A stretch of 64,000 nucleotides of DNA from Dicyema japonicum. Taxonomy: Eukaryota; Animalia; Dicyemida. A program made the translations under genes and the position numbers. Below the pieces are notes generated by a model. It was not told the origin of the DNA. It was given only the letters and a program-made list of their open reading frames with translations, and did not search any database. Below are positions 23,230 to 36,064 of this stretch, piece by piece. Where the stretch lies: NCBI GenBank assembly GCA_011109175.1, contig RDEW01000005.1, positions 1,484,657 to 1,548,656 of the forward strand. Direction: 5' to 3'. Each line of letters starts with the position of its first letter. Position 1 is the stretch's first letter.

Positions 23230-23810
23230 CTGGGAGATTATATAATAAAGAAGACGTCTGTTCTCGCCATTGACTGGAATTCCTGAGTCGTCTAAGGCAG
23301 TTAACGATAATAAACATGTTTTGTTCAAGGAGGGACCAGATATTTTGTTTAGTGTTCTACAAAAACTATATGATGAAAGCCTCAGACTTGTACATATTTC
23401 TTGTACATGGAAGAAGTCGTTTGTCACGATAGTTCAAAACCAGGAAAGTCGGAAATAAATCCACTGAGCTACTGACCTATTAATCTAACGTATTGTGTTC
23501 AAAAGAATATGTAAACACGTGGAAGATAGAAATTTCTTATTGCCGTAACAATGGGGTTTTCAACGGGAAAATTCTGTGCGAACTGATGTTGAGATCAATT
23601 CTTTTTTACATATTTATGGCGAGTTTCCCACAACCAAGTTTCAATACTGGAAATTTGATTTATGCGGAAAATGTTATTATTATGGACACGTCCACCAAAT
23701 CAATTTTTCAGAAAAAAGACTTAACGAGAATGTTGGCGTTGCTAAAATTGGTGGAGCATGAGAGTGTTAAAGATCTCTGCCGAGAAATCCAACACGCTGC
23801 GAATTAGTCG
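23230..23810 (+). mobile_element. Decayed LINE RT fragment
   Basis: GIPESS...LFKEGPD...LYDESL...TWKKSFVT, the start of an RT domain with many lesions. Confidence 0.55.
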
Positions 23811-23939
23811 TCATAGGAAACATCTAAAGCAGGAGTACACTTTACCTGTCCAAAATGTGCATCTACCACGTTATTTGGGTGCTGAACTTACCTGGAACCA
23901 AGACTGTTATCAAAGATAATGAAGAGTACCAACTTCTAA

Positions 23940-24345
23940 AATTTATCCTTAATGATGAAGATGTGAATATTGCGAAACAAATGAGGTACGAATAAAAAAA
24001 AGCTGAAAATTTTATTGTTATTGATGAAAAGCTATATTTGAAAGCTGTTGACGGACTTCACAAACTTGTGATACCCTTAACTAGTAAAAAAGAATGAGGA
24101 CTATTGCTCAGGAGATTCACCAGACAAATCACTGTGGACATTACGCTCTGGATGCGCTTTGTCGTAGGAGATTTTGCGCTAACAAAATAACTGTTATTCG
24201 TCAAGTTGTAAAAGACTGCAATGTTTGCAAGTTTGCAGTTCCTCTCAAACAATATGACGATTTAAGTCATTTTGTTGCTGATTTGCCTAATGAGAGATTT
24301 CAAATTGATCTGTTTGATCTTAAGAGGTTTAAAGTTTATTAGTTA
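23940..24345 (+). mobile_element. Integrase remnant (HHCC zinc finger + start of DDE core), Gypsy/Ginger-like
   Basis: EIHQTNHCG...VVKDCNVC...LPNERFQIDLFD. Confidence 0.7.
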
Positions 24346-25699
24346 ATATTGTAGATTTGAGAATCAAAATGATCATTTTTCTTGGTTGGTGTCAGTTATG
24401 ACGTCTATTCAAAATATGGCTTCGGATGACAAGAAAGTGTGATAAATCACATTCAAAAGGCTGTGTTTTTATACAATCAAACGCCTCACTAATCCACAGG
24501 TAAATTTGTGCTTTTATTTATTTGTAGGTGTTAGTCGTTTCAGAGATATCGAGGATTCCGGGCTACAACACCATTGTTAAAAATACTGCAACGGAGACAG
24601 ACGGTGAAGACAACCTGCAAAGTGTGGATAATATTGCTGAATCAACAGAGCCAGACAGTAGAAACATCTCCAAAACATATAGTATAGGTTTTTTGTCTAT
24701 AATTATACAAAAGGTGATTACAAATTTGATTTTCCTCGGGTAGACTTGTATTCTCCTTATTATAAATGGATGAATAAAAAGATGGGAGTGCATAGATCGA
24801 AATATGAATTTAACATTGGAGATAGTGTATTCAATTTATAATTACTTAAAAGGTTCGTATTCAGAAGGACTATGGAACTAATCTTTCACTACGTCTGCAA
24901 AGGTTTGAGCATCCCTACGGTCCAAATGTGCATCTACCACGTTATTTATTTATTTTAAATAAATAAATAAAAAATGCTGTCACTATTGTTGCAAAATTGT
25001 CTAACAATTTTGTCAATGTTAAAGATAGTGAGGGAATTGTGAGGAAAGTGCATTCTAAACGCCCTAAAAAGATAATTATCAATAATTAGTTAATGTTTGC
25101 TTTGAAATAATTGATTATTTTATTTTTTGACATTTATTTCGGCTGTCAAAGGTAACGTCTGAGGCTCGAGACATAATAGATTAGCCATTATTTTTATTGA
25201 AACATTTTTAGAGTAACACTTGGTAGTTATGGACATTTGATATTGGACTTTAAGAATCGCCGTAAGGTTCAAGTGGATGTTGAAAATATTATACATTTAT
25301 TTAAATAACCTCAAATGTCCCCGAAAAAGCTTTTAGCCAACTTTTTTTACAGTTGGAGTAGGGCACATCCTTTTGAAGCATCGTGTCTACGAATATATTG
25401 ATTAGACATTATGATTTATAGGTAATATGTTGAACCATGAACTTATAAGGTCCATTCATTTCCTGGACAAATTCCTTGACGGTCGAAGCTAGCAAAAAAG
25501 ACCTTCTAAAATAATGAACTTCTGGAAAGTTACAGTCTCCAACGCCTCTGGAATCCTTAATGCGTAAGAATTGAAGAACCTTTGGAATTTTGTTCATTAA
25601 CTGTTTCATTAAAGTTTTACATAAACAAAAAATCATTATTGTTGATGTCAAATTTCAAAAAATCAATAAAGGTCAAGTAGCAATTAACTTGATGAACTT

Positions 25700-25865
25700 T
25701 TCACTTTCTTTTTGTTGTGTGAATGTGCTTTCCGCAGTGAACTAACTGTTCACTAATGACGATGTCACCTGTTACCAAAGCATCGTAGATGCGTGGAAGC
25801 TACAGAAGTGAGATTCGAACTATGGGCCATCAGGCCTCTCACCAAGCACTCGTTGCCTTAACCAG
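25700..25865 (-). mobile_element. tRNA-SINE copy (5' part)
   Basis: Reverse complement GTTCGAATCTC...TTCCACGCATCTACGATGCT...GTGACATCGTCATTAGTG...TTCACTGCGGAA aligns to 13650-13755. Confidence 0.75.
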
Positions 25866-26299
25866 ATTTTTTTTGTTTCTTTAATTTCTATAAGTAACTG
25901 ACTTTGAGGTTTCGTAACTCCTTTGATTAAGCGGTTTGATGTGTTTTCAGCTTTAAGGAAAAACTCTTTCTGTTGGCTAGATAGCTTCTCGATATCATGG
26001 TCACATTAGCGTATGTTTGATGGGAGACTTTAGACAACGCTTTTTGGATTATTCTTGAGAATATTCATAGTTTCTTTCCACAACGATTCTGGGAATATAT
26101 TTTCAGGAAGACTTAAATTTTAATCAATGCAGTCGCACACCATTTTTGTGGTTGCATGTTTCCTTTATACATCTTGAGTTGATAAGTAATATCTTTTGGC
26201 ATCATCTCAAACCAAAGAATTTATCTGATTGTACATATAGACCCCCATGCTGATATATTAGCCCCATTTCATGTAGTTGTGCTGGGTGCGTGAAGACTT

Positions 26300-26521
26300 C
26301 AGCCATGTATTTACCAGGAACCCCGGATATACCGGAAAGAGGTTAAAAGTTTATTAATTCAAGGTATTTCCAGTTCCAATGGTGGGAGTGAGACGCATCC
26401 TTTCCAAGTATCATGCCTATCCACATCTTCCATTATGTGAACCCCTTTGAGGAGTAGGGAAGAGGTAGATTATTTTTTCAGGCATTGGGTATTTCTTGGG
26501 ATAAGCGGATCAACTAAAGCC
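26300..26521 (-). mobile_element. Short non-autonomous element with degenerate pseudoknot head (copy E)
   Basis: Plus-strand AGGCATTGGG...GGATCAA matches 36932-36965. Tail GAACTGGAAATAC...TATCCGGGGTT matches the 7240-7280 region. Confidence 0.5.
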
Positions 26522-26699
26522 TCTTAGGATTTAAAAACGCACAGTATGGAATCCTTCAGCCATGTAGGATAAGGTGTGGGAACCAAACCCACAGCTAATC
26601 AACTCGAGCGACAGTACTAGGTATTATGCCATCTGGGAGGTCACCACCTCAACTAGAAAACAACACAAAATAAAATTTAAAAAAATTAATCATAAAATA

Positions 26700-27615
26700 A
26701 AAACATTAGTAATTTAAACTAATTTTTCTCGAAGTGACCGAAAAATGTCTATCCAGATTGAAATACTCCCCCATTCTCTGCGACACAATCATTTTATCTA
26801 AATAAAGAAAAAAATACTTTCCACGCTTAATTTAACACGTTTTTGTTGAATAGGCCCGACCATATAGTAAATCAATGTGTAATTGCACACAATCATGGTA
26901 AACAGAAAAAACAAAGTAATCCTTGTGACCCAACTGGGAAGAGACTTAATCACAAAACAATTGTAATGACGACTCCACGTTGACATAAACGCTTGTACCT
27001 ACTACATCAGTAAAACGAGTGACGTTATAATGGATATCCATACAACCACTGAATCTCATTTTTACCAATTCAGTGTAATAATTCTTACAGGCTGAAAATT
27101 TACTGCTGTTAATCGGGGACAAATCACCAGAAATTTATTTCTGCAACCTCAAAATAGCACAATACTGCAATTGGGGTTCCGTTCAAACAATTGGAGAGTT
27201 TTGTGGAAATATCAACGAATCTTTGGTAGTCCGAGGACTGCATTCCCTTCTTGTTATAACAGGCTGAGTATATTTGATGGTCTTACCTTCACAGAACCCG
27301 TTTTTCCAGATACTGAAGATAGTACTGCTGTCGGTATCAATGAAGTTGATGTATATCCCCCTGTAGTATATGTTATCCATGCAGTTCTCCACTTCCTTAA
27401 ATGACTATAATTATATACGATTCTGCTTTGAAGATATTTTATATGGTTGTAGTAATCCCAACATTGAATACACACGTTGAAAGGGTTAGAATTATAGCCC
27501 GAACAGTTGATCAAATACCGTACTGTGTACTGTACTCCTTCACAATTTTAGAACAGGATATTTTCCATTTACCAGTTTCCCCACAAACGAGTGAATACAG
27601 AATTATTTCCAACAT
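26700..27615 (-). CDS. Putative secreted cysteine-containing orphan protein (exon structure and 3' end uncertain)
   Basis: MLEIILYSLVCGET leader. GT-AG introns of 23-35 nt join protein-like frames. Internal repeat NCMDNIYY / GCMDIHYN. Some downstream stops are unresolved. Confidence 0.4.
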
Positions 27616-28140
27616 GACTATTTTGAATTTAAAGTTTACTATTTAAATATTAACTTTTTGTTTATATAACGAAATAAAAAAAATAAAATAATAAGACTCA
27701 AGTCTTCATTGGCACCACAAACTAAGATTTTCTGACTCACTTATGACGCCCAATGAAGTCTTTATCAAGTGACTGCTAAATTGAAATGTGCTCACAATTG
27801 TAAAAAGGAAAGAACCATAGCGCGGATTTCCAGCGCTTCTACAAAAATCGGGGGACCTATTGCGCGACACGCTTGTCAATCGATAATAAAGAAAGTTTAT
27901 TTTATAAGAAAATTGTCATCATTAGTAAAATGAAAATAATAAGACTGCGTGTTCATCCGTACTATATTTTCTGAATTGAGTTATCGTAGTTTCTAATGGA
28001 GCCACAAAGTGACGTAAAAATTTTTGATATGAATTAAAATGGGGATTAGTGGAATTAGTTCTAGAGTTATAAAAGTTCGAAAATTCACTTTAAATGACTG
28101 TTTTGAATAAAGACCATAGATCTATGTGTATGATACCCAA

Positions 28141-28735
28141 CGAGGCCTCCTTTATAAGGGATTATCTATTCATCAGAGGCTGCTAACCATGGAGACCTGC
28201 TACGGATATTGGTGCAGCAGATATTGACATGCTTTGTGGACAAGACCTCGATGGATAATTTCTATCGACCTTTTAAAAGATAACTATTCCCGAAATGCTT
28301 ACCGTGTTGGACTAAAACAAAAATGTCACCACATAAACATCCAAATCAGGATCATGAAAATAAACCCATTCCCTACTCACCTTGACTCAAACAGTCATTT
28401 CAAATGACTTCTCAACTTAGGACCGAACAACTCATGTACAACTATTGATCACATGAAACCTTTATCTACACAAACCCTCAAAATTCCTATTTAAGTAATT
28501 GCAACTACCACCAAAATATTTACTAGAGAGCAGCTCCACCAGTACACACATTAAAGGTATTATGCTACCACTGCGTTCTCACCCTCGCATTTCTTTAGCA
28601 AAACATTAGAAAGAACCTTGTACTGTCACAACAGCCTAATACAGCACCGTCCATTCTCAAGGCCAATGAATTCGACTGGTGAGTCATTACATATTTCTTG
28701 GAGACATCCAACTACTAAGGCCACCTTCAAAAACA
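28141..28735 (-). pseudogene. Decayed, internally deleted fragment of eukaryotic LSU (28S) rRNA
   Basis: Plus strand is collinear with the remembered reverse complement of 28S: CAGAGGCTGCTAACCATGGAGACCTGCTACGGATAT, AAAAGATAACT, TTAGGACCGA..CATGT..CACATGAAACC, TTGCAACTACCACCAA, CCATTCTCAAGGCC..TTCGACTGGTGAGT..GGCCACC. Many substitutions at conserved sites. Confidence 0.8.
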
Positions 28736-28806
28736 TCTATCTGTGGAAGCTTCCTTTAAGGGAACTGCGGAGTATAAAATTAGAGCACGACATTATAAAC
28801 AAAATA

Positions 28807-29500
28807 TTAATTAGCAATCTCCAATCTAAGACTTTCAATAGTTTCCTTGGTTGACTTAATCCTCTCAGTCAATTCCTTCATTTCACTCAGTACTTTCTTG
28901 TTGGCCTCCTTTATAACTTCAATGTCACTCACCTTCTTCTCCTCGTCTACAATCAGAAAATCAATTACAATCATATTTATGAGAGTATGGTACAACTCTT
29001 AGTTTAGGGCAATTCACTAAGAGTTTGTGTAGACCCACAGTTGGGTCCAAGAAGACAATCTCATCGTAGCACTCAGACACAACAGGGGTCATAGAAGGGA
29101 CCTCGTCAGATTGTTGAAATAGACGGAGTCCGTGAATCACCGTCACAGATTTCTCTACATTGTCTTTGAAAAATATCTTTATTATAATGTCGAATTCACC
29201 CCATCCAGACTCCCGCACTTCGTAGGGGGGTTTCGTACAAACTTTTTGATAAATAATATTTACTTCGAGTTGAGTTTACATAACTTTCATGCAATTTGAA
29301 CTGAACTTTCGTAATGTAGTGAGACATATCCTTTGCGTTATCATAATTCTTACCTCGTGAGTGTAGGATCGTAAATAAACACACCAATCGTGAGTATGAT
29401 TGTCCGATTCTCTCTTAAAACCAAAATACTGAGATATGTTGCCGTAAACTATTGGTTTTATTATTGCAGTATCTTTCACACGTTGAACGGAATCACTCAT
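28807..29500 (-). CDS. YEATS4: YEATS-domain protein GAS41/YEATS4, 4 exons
   Basis: [38 protein letters not shown] and a C-terminal coiled coil. Introns of 23, 22 and 22 nt give an intact frame. Confidence 0.95.
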
Positions 29501-29914
29501 TTTGAATTTATTTATTTTATAATAAATAATAAGATTAAATTTTATTTTTTCATGATTTTTTATGAAAATTTTTATAAAATCAATCTGAAGGTCGTGGGTT
29601 CGAATCTGACAAATTGACTTTTCAGCGAAGGTTAATTCTCGTCAGCCAAAATTCACCAGCGAGGAAAAAGTCCTTATAGCACGGATCCTCCTACTTTCTC
29701 CCTGGTCAACTCCCTGGTGAGATTACCATCATGAAAACTCCTCGTTCGAAGAACAAAGTGATGTCCACGACGGTAGGATGTGTGATGAAAATGGAAGAGA
29801 GTGAACCTACTTCTCCACTTCTCTTCTGAAATGGAAACCTGTAATGGACTATTGGAGGATGGTTTTGGTCGTCACAAGCATACGTTCTCCCTTTGGTTCA
29901 CTCCATGGATTAAT

Positions 29915-31777
29915 CAGTCATGACTAGGCAAGTTGTTCTAGCAGTTAAAAAAATTTTTTAGCGCTAAAAAATCACAAAATCTAGCATTTATAATTAAAAA
30001 AATTAGCACTTAAAATGATCAAATCTAGCATTTAAAATTGTAAAATTTATAACTTAAAATAATAAAATATAACATTTAAATTTTATTTATTGTAATATAA
30101 TAAAAGGTAATGCTTGATATTGTCTGGATGGAAGTTCCTATCTTTTTTAAAATATTTTTCAGCATTTTAATAGCTCTTTCAACAGATGCAGAGGATGCCT
30201 GACAGCGTGTAAGAGAAAAATAATCTTGTTGGCTAATTTTTGGTTCAGTCATTTCAATAATAGGTTTAAATCCATTTGCCTCCATTCTTTTATTTATATA
30301 ATTTTTGACATTTGCCTTGTCATTGTCAAAATGTAGTCCTTGTATATCATAATATGCCCGATTGATTGAGTAGTCACAACACTCCGAAAGTTTAAGAAGA
30401 TCTACTATTTGCGAATAATTTAATATGATTTCCGTTAATTGAAACTTAATATCCGGATTGTTGACATGATGTTTAGCATTTGATACTAAAACTCCATCTG
30501 ACTGAAATGCGTTAACAATTTCAAAAATTATTTCAAAATTCATGAAATAATATTTCACTGCTTGAAACCAACTTCCCCATCTGCATAAATTAAGCAAAAA
30601 ATACCTAGTAACTACCACATCAGGTGGGTATCCAACATCCTTGAACAAATTACGACGTTTTCGGTTTTTTACTGTGGCAGCTTTAATGCTTGCAATTAAG
30701 CCATCTATTTCCGGATATGCACACTTTATACGTAAAATCGTATTGTGTAACAAATGAGAAACACAAGTCACATGATGCATGTTGTTATACATGACCATTA
30801 AAGTTTTACCACCTATTTATTTAAATAATTTTATATCACCAGAAATCATATAAGGAGCGGCATCTGAAATTAGTAGATAAAAATTGTCACGAATAATCTT
30901 CATTTCTCTAATGACGTCATCTATTAATTGGCAGATGATAGCAGCAGTGGCATGATTTTCCAGTGTTTTGCATTCAACCAAATAGGATTTTGTTGGAAAG
31001 CGAATGCTCCCAATTAGAATCACTACAAAACTTTTCCTTCGGATATCTGTTTCATCAATTATTATAAAAATCTTTTCGTTTCTAAAAGTTAAAAATAAAT
31101 TTTAATACGTTAATAATTTTGTCAACTCATTTATCTTTTTTTCTGCAAGAAACTTGACCGTAGTTCTGCATGAAAATTCGACGGAATGTTAATTTTAAAT
31201 GTTTTAAACGTTTTTTTGATCGAATCGTTGTTTAATTTGTACAGCGGGATTTTTGCTTGTACAAAAGCTTCCGTGATCGTTTCATTAACCGAATCTACTT
31301 GGATTAATTCAGTTAATGTTGTTTGAACTGAATTATATGAATGACCTACAATTGTATTAACAAATTTATACGCCTTGGTCCAATGACGGCTGAGTTCTTG
31401 CGAGAACTTGGAGGATTGCTTGCCAGAAAAAAAGGGATCAACGAGAAGGGTTATGGCTAAGACAAAAAATTGGAATAGCCATACTCCGAGGGAACTCGTT
31501 CGCAATCCACGCAGCAGGCTTCCTGAACTGACATTTGTTAATTGTTAAAAAAATTATTTTATTATCATTTTATGGGTGATATTAAAATGACTTTTTAAAT
31601 GCAATTAAATTAGCATTTAAAAAAAATTAGCATTTAAAATTAAAAAAAGCACTTATAGCATTTATAATGTATGTTCTTTTTTAACAAAATTAAAAAATAA
31701 TTATTCCAAATTCAATTTTATATTAAAATAAATATAAAAATAGCATTTTAGCACTTAAATTGCCCTAGTCATGACTG
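29915..31777 (-). mobile_element. hAT-superfamily transposon, decayed transposase
   Basis: TIRs CAGTCATGACTAGGCAA / TTGCCCTAGTCATGACTG and subterminal TAGCA(T/C)TT repeats. Motifs IIDETD, LISDAAPYM, CVSHLLH, SASVER. No TSD seen. Confidence 0.85.
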
Positions 31778-32842
31778 TTTGTGCTGGGGCTACCAAAGAT
31801 TGTAAATCTCTAGTTAATAAATAAAAAAAATACTTCTGGAAGGCTCGCTTCTTCTATTTTTTCCCGGGCAAAGGAATGAGAGTTAGCTCAGAAGTTCTCT
31901 TCCAAAATCAATTTTCTGTGGATGCATAAAAGGAGACGCTTCTCGACACCAGTGGATGCAATGGAGGATCAAAGGCATAAGATGGCTTGTTGATCATCTC
32001 AACTGTTTGAATATACTTTGTCTATCTTTTTCAGTGACCCTTGGAATAAGATATATCTTCCGGAAGACGGAAGAATTTGTGTTAGATTATTCTTGGAGAG
32101 TCCTTAAGTTAGTAGACGCTGATTATTAGTTGGTTTTGACACCTTCTTGGTAATCTTGTGGTTTCTTAAATAAATGATGTTTTTAAACTCAGCACGTGAA
32201 AAAAACTCTCATAACTAAGACAACCAGAAAATTGCAATTTTAAAAAGTAAAAATTGCAAATATAATTTTTTAATTGTAAAAGTTGCATTATGGAAAAATA
32301 AAAAAATCATTTAATGTAATACATAATTAAATATTACTGAACATTTTCAGGCTTAAAGTTTCGATTTTTAGTAACAATTTTAGTCAAAAAGGATATCGCC
32401 TTTTCAACTGAAGCTGAACTTCCGCAACAATTTCGAAGGTATTAATAAATTTTTGGCGAATTATTTTTATTTAGGAAATCAAGAATGCTTAGTATCCAGA
32501 TTTCTGATGTTTTTAATATAATTTTTTTTATATTGCACCGATCTGATGAAATTTCTATGTTGTTCAGATCTGTTAAGATTTTTTCAATTGAATAATCGAG
32601 TAGGTATTTGAAATCATTTCAATTAAAACCAAATAGTTTGAGCTGATTTCGGTTAAACTTGAAAACAATATGGGAATATTAATTGATTTTTGGCCTAAAA
32701 TAATTAAGAATCAAAACATTTTTGATTAAAACTCCATGTACTTCAAATTCAGAGACAATTTTAATAATTTCTGGAAGATTCTGGGAGTAATATTTGGCTG
32801 CTATTAGCCAGCTTCCCCATATTGTGAGAACAACTTAGGGCA

Positions 32843-33810
32843 GATTTTCTATTTGCGAGAACATTTCACACCGTCTTTTGATCATCACCGTGGCAGCCGT
32901 TAAAGAAGAAATCAGGCTATGAAAATCTATGAAGTAGGATTTTATTCTTGGTGTAATAGACGTGAAACAAAATTGACGTGGAAAAGATTTGGACATAAAA
33001 GATTTTTTATTGAGGTCCCAGCTAAAATTAGATTTATTCCTACCACTTGTCATATATCTTGCGGCATCTGTACGAATAAGAGGAACTTTTCACGTTCAAT
33101 TGACAATTTTTTATTATTTCATCAACTTCAATACAAATTGTTGAATTGGTAGGCGGAGAATGTAGATTCTTACACAATATGAGAAAATTATAGCACGTTT
33201 TTTAAACTTTTGATTTTTAATTAATTTTAATTTCAACAATTTGTGTTGAAGTTGATAAAATAATGAGAAAAAAATTTTTCATTAAACTCCTATGCCTGTG
33301 CGTCATGGGGAATCAATCTGTCCTGGACGAACAAACAAAGAATCCTCATTACTTGAAGACCTTATCCGACAAAATGGAAAGGGATTTGCTACCCTGTGCA
33401 GGTAGTGCAACTCTCAGCAATACACAGTCACGACGTGTCGGATTTTCTATTTGTGAGAACATTTGATCATCACCGTGGCAGCCGTTAAAGAATAAATCAG
33501 GCTATGAAAATCTGTGAAGTAGGATTTATTCTTGGTGTAATAGATGTGAAACAAAATTGACGTGGAAAAGATTTGGACATAAAAAATTTTTCATTGAGGT
33601 CCCAGCTAAAATTAGATTTATTCCTACCACTTGTCATATATCTTGCGGCATCTGTACGAATAAGAACTTTTCACGTTCAATTGACAATTTTTTTATTATT
33701 TCATCAACTTCACAAATTGTTGAATTGGTAGGCGGAGAATGTAAATTCTTACACAATATGAGAAGCAATTATACCACTTTTTTAAACTTTTTTATTCTTA
33801 ATTAATTTTA
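32843..33810. repeat. Direct duplication (~370-390 bp units at 32843-33230 and 33441-33810) of a hAT-like remnant
   Basis: Two near-identical blocks with small indels. The minus strand shows TDAARYM, similar to SDAAPYM of the 30 kb hAT. Confidence 0.8.
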
Positions 33811-33920
33811 AATTATTTAAAAAACATTTTTTTATTTGAAAAATAATTGCAAAAAGTTTCAACCATTGATTAAAATTGCAAAATTTGCAACTTTAAATCC
33901 AAAGTTTTATTGAAGAAAGA

Positions 33921-34050
33921 AAATAGAGTAACGGTTATATAGAAGCTGCCCTGACTGCGTGGCTATTTCCTCTCAGGATATCGAGCGAGAATCGCTCATA
34001 TAACCAGCAGCGCTCACAAGTATCTCCTTTTCGTGTAGCGATCGACTTAA
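33921..34050 (+). repeat. Dispersed repeat family Y, longest copy, with hairpin GAGCGA-gaa-TCGCTC
   Basis: Shared with 14320 and 15560-15715. Outer inverted repeat GGTTATAT/ATATAACC. Confidence 0.7.
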
Positions 34051-34899
34051 ATTGAAAAAAATATAACTAAAATTAATTATTATTCAATACTTTATTATTT
34101 ATCTAACTTTTATTAAATTATATTTAATTGCAATTTATTGCAATTGGTTGCTCATAACTGTAAAATAATAAAATATTTTCATTTTGTATGACAAAAATCT
34201 GTATACCTATTTTTTGGTTGAGCTGGTGACGTGGCTCTTGAACACTATATCTGGAAAACAAAAAAATTCAAGAACTAGACTTCTTCTTTTTGACGTTCTG
34301 TTATGAACGTGCGTTTGGAAGACTACTTTGTTCTGGACGCTCCGTGTTTCCGTGGTCGACCAAAGTCAACCCTAAAGACCCTCCTAAAATCAGAAAATGT
34401 TTCAGGGACGAGGAGGACCTTGACAGGCTATGACACAGGCAAATAGTCGCCAAAATAAAAGAAACTAAATATTAATTTGATTTCCGTGTTCCAAATGCTT
34501 TGACATGCGTAAGCGCCAATAATAATAAATATTTTTACTCGTTCTAGTGGAAACGTAACAATAATTTTCATTGTCAGTCCACAGGAACTAATTTTTTATA
34601 TCACTTATTTCTCAGATTATCTAATTCCCAGAAAATCAATGTATTCTGCGGGAAAATGGACTAATCACCTTCTGGTTAACTTTCTCAGTTTATCATTACC
34701 GAGCGGAACACCGACATATGTGTTAAAATCAATAACAAAAAAGTTAAAAACCGACATGTGTCAACAGAAATTCTTTAGCAAAAACCACCGAGATCTTGAT
34801 TAGTTTGGTTGTAGTAAATTCACGGTCGGTCAAAAATTATGTAAAGAAGCTAAAGTAATACGGAAGTCGTCCAACATGAGGTCACTGAAACCACTAATT

Positions 34900-35700
34900 G
34901 CTCAGGTACCACGGATTGAAATGAGAATACATATCCTGTCAGACGGAAAGCGTTCGGGTTTGTTCTAAAGAAGAGATCTAAGGTCTTGTTCTCTATCCTT
35001 TCATCAAGATAGTGTATAGTGACGAGAATGATTTTTCTGGCCTTGCCCGTATCAGCCGAATGAGATTCTTAACGTGGTTCTGACGTAAGTCATCTACTCC
35101 TCCACTGCAGAGACAAAATGTTCTAACGACTGGATGTACCTCTTTTTTCACTTGATCAAAAAGGCTCAACTAGAGACTTTATCATCTTTTGTAACAAACT
35201 GAGCCATGTGAACTCAGTTCTTTCATGGCATGATATAATATACCCTGGGTATCAATGACCTATAATGTGTAGAAACAAAACAACCCTCCACCGCAATAGT
35301 TATAGTCAGTGTGACCAAAATTCTGAACCCCGAAACTGGCACGATTGATTACCGAAATCATGCCGTGTTTAGAAAACGAGACTTTCCCACATTAGAATAC
35401 CCACATACAAAGTCTATGCTTTTATTATTACCCCGGGACCACTGGGTTAAAGAGGAAAGAATGTCCCATCTAGCTAAGTGATCCCAGAACGACAAGGGGA
35501 AGGTCGAAACCGGATAAAACGATCATAATAGGCTGGGAGTCTTTTCGTATTAAAGTACATGTGGTTGGATCAATAGTTGGGAGACGACTCAAATACACTC
35601 GAACTTGTTGAAGATACTCCAAGGTTGATTTTTTCTTATAACTGGGGAAACCATTCTGATACATAAAATATGGAGATAGCTTTTCAAAAACTGTTTTTTA
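34900..35700 (-). pseudogene. GTPBP4: NOG1/GTPBP4 unprocessed pseudogene fragment with a LINE-tail insertion (35413-35547)
   Basis: LEYLQQVRVYLSRLPTIDPTTCTLI [insert] CGYSNVGKS, GHTDYNY, 25-nt intron, VIDTQGIL. Frameshifts and stops are present. The lower boundary is approximate. Confidence 0.85.
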
Positions 35701-36064
35701 GTTGTTTACACCGAAAAAGTGGATCACCCTATTTAATGAGACGACTGTAGGGAGTCGTGTGCCAAACTAGAAACACTTACAGACGGAAGTGTTCTTAAGT
35801 GTCTCTTATTCCTCTAGAGGCCCTTTTGTGACTGGACTCCAGAATGCGGGTAAGCGGTCCTTTAAATTCCGTCAGCCACTCTGTCCCATCTAACTAAGTG
35901 ATCATAGACCGACAAAGGGGAGGTCGAAACAGGATGAAACGGGCATCTCGAACCGTACGATCACGCGCGGGCACAAAAGAGGAACACCGGGCCAAGATGA
36001 GATCTCTAATTGAACGCATCATGATCACGTGTTAATTAGTTTTGTTTTACTGTGTATTGGGATG

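Noticed and set aside
27705-27757. TTCATTGG...GACGCCCAATGAA resembling pseudoknot copy H
   Set aside because: An 8-bp inverted repeat and short identity only. P2, P4 and the A-rich linker are missing.
29581-29610. tRNA-like AATCTGAAGGTCGTGGGTTCGAATC
   Set aside because: Only a variable-loop/T-arm fragment. There is no 5' half or acceptor stem, so it is not a tRNA gene.
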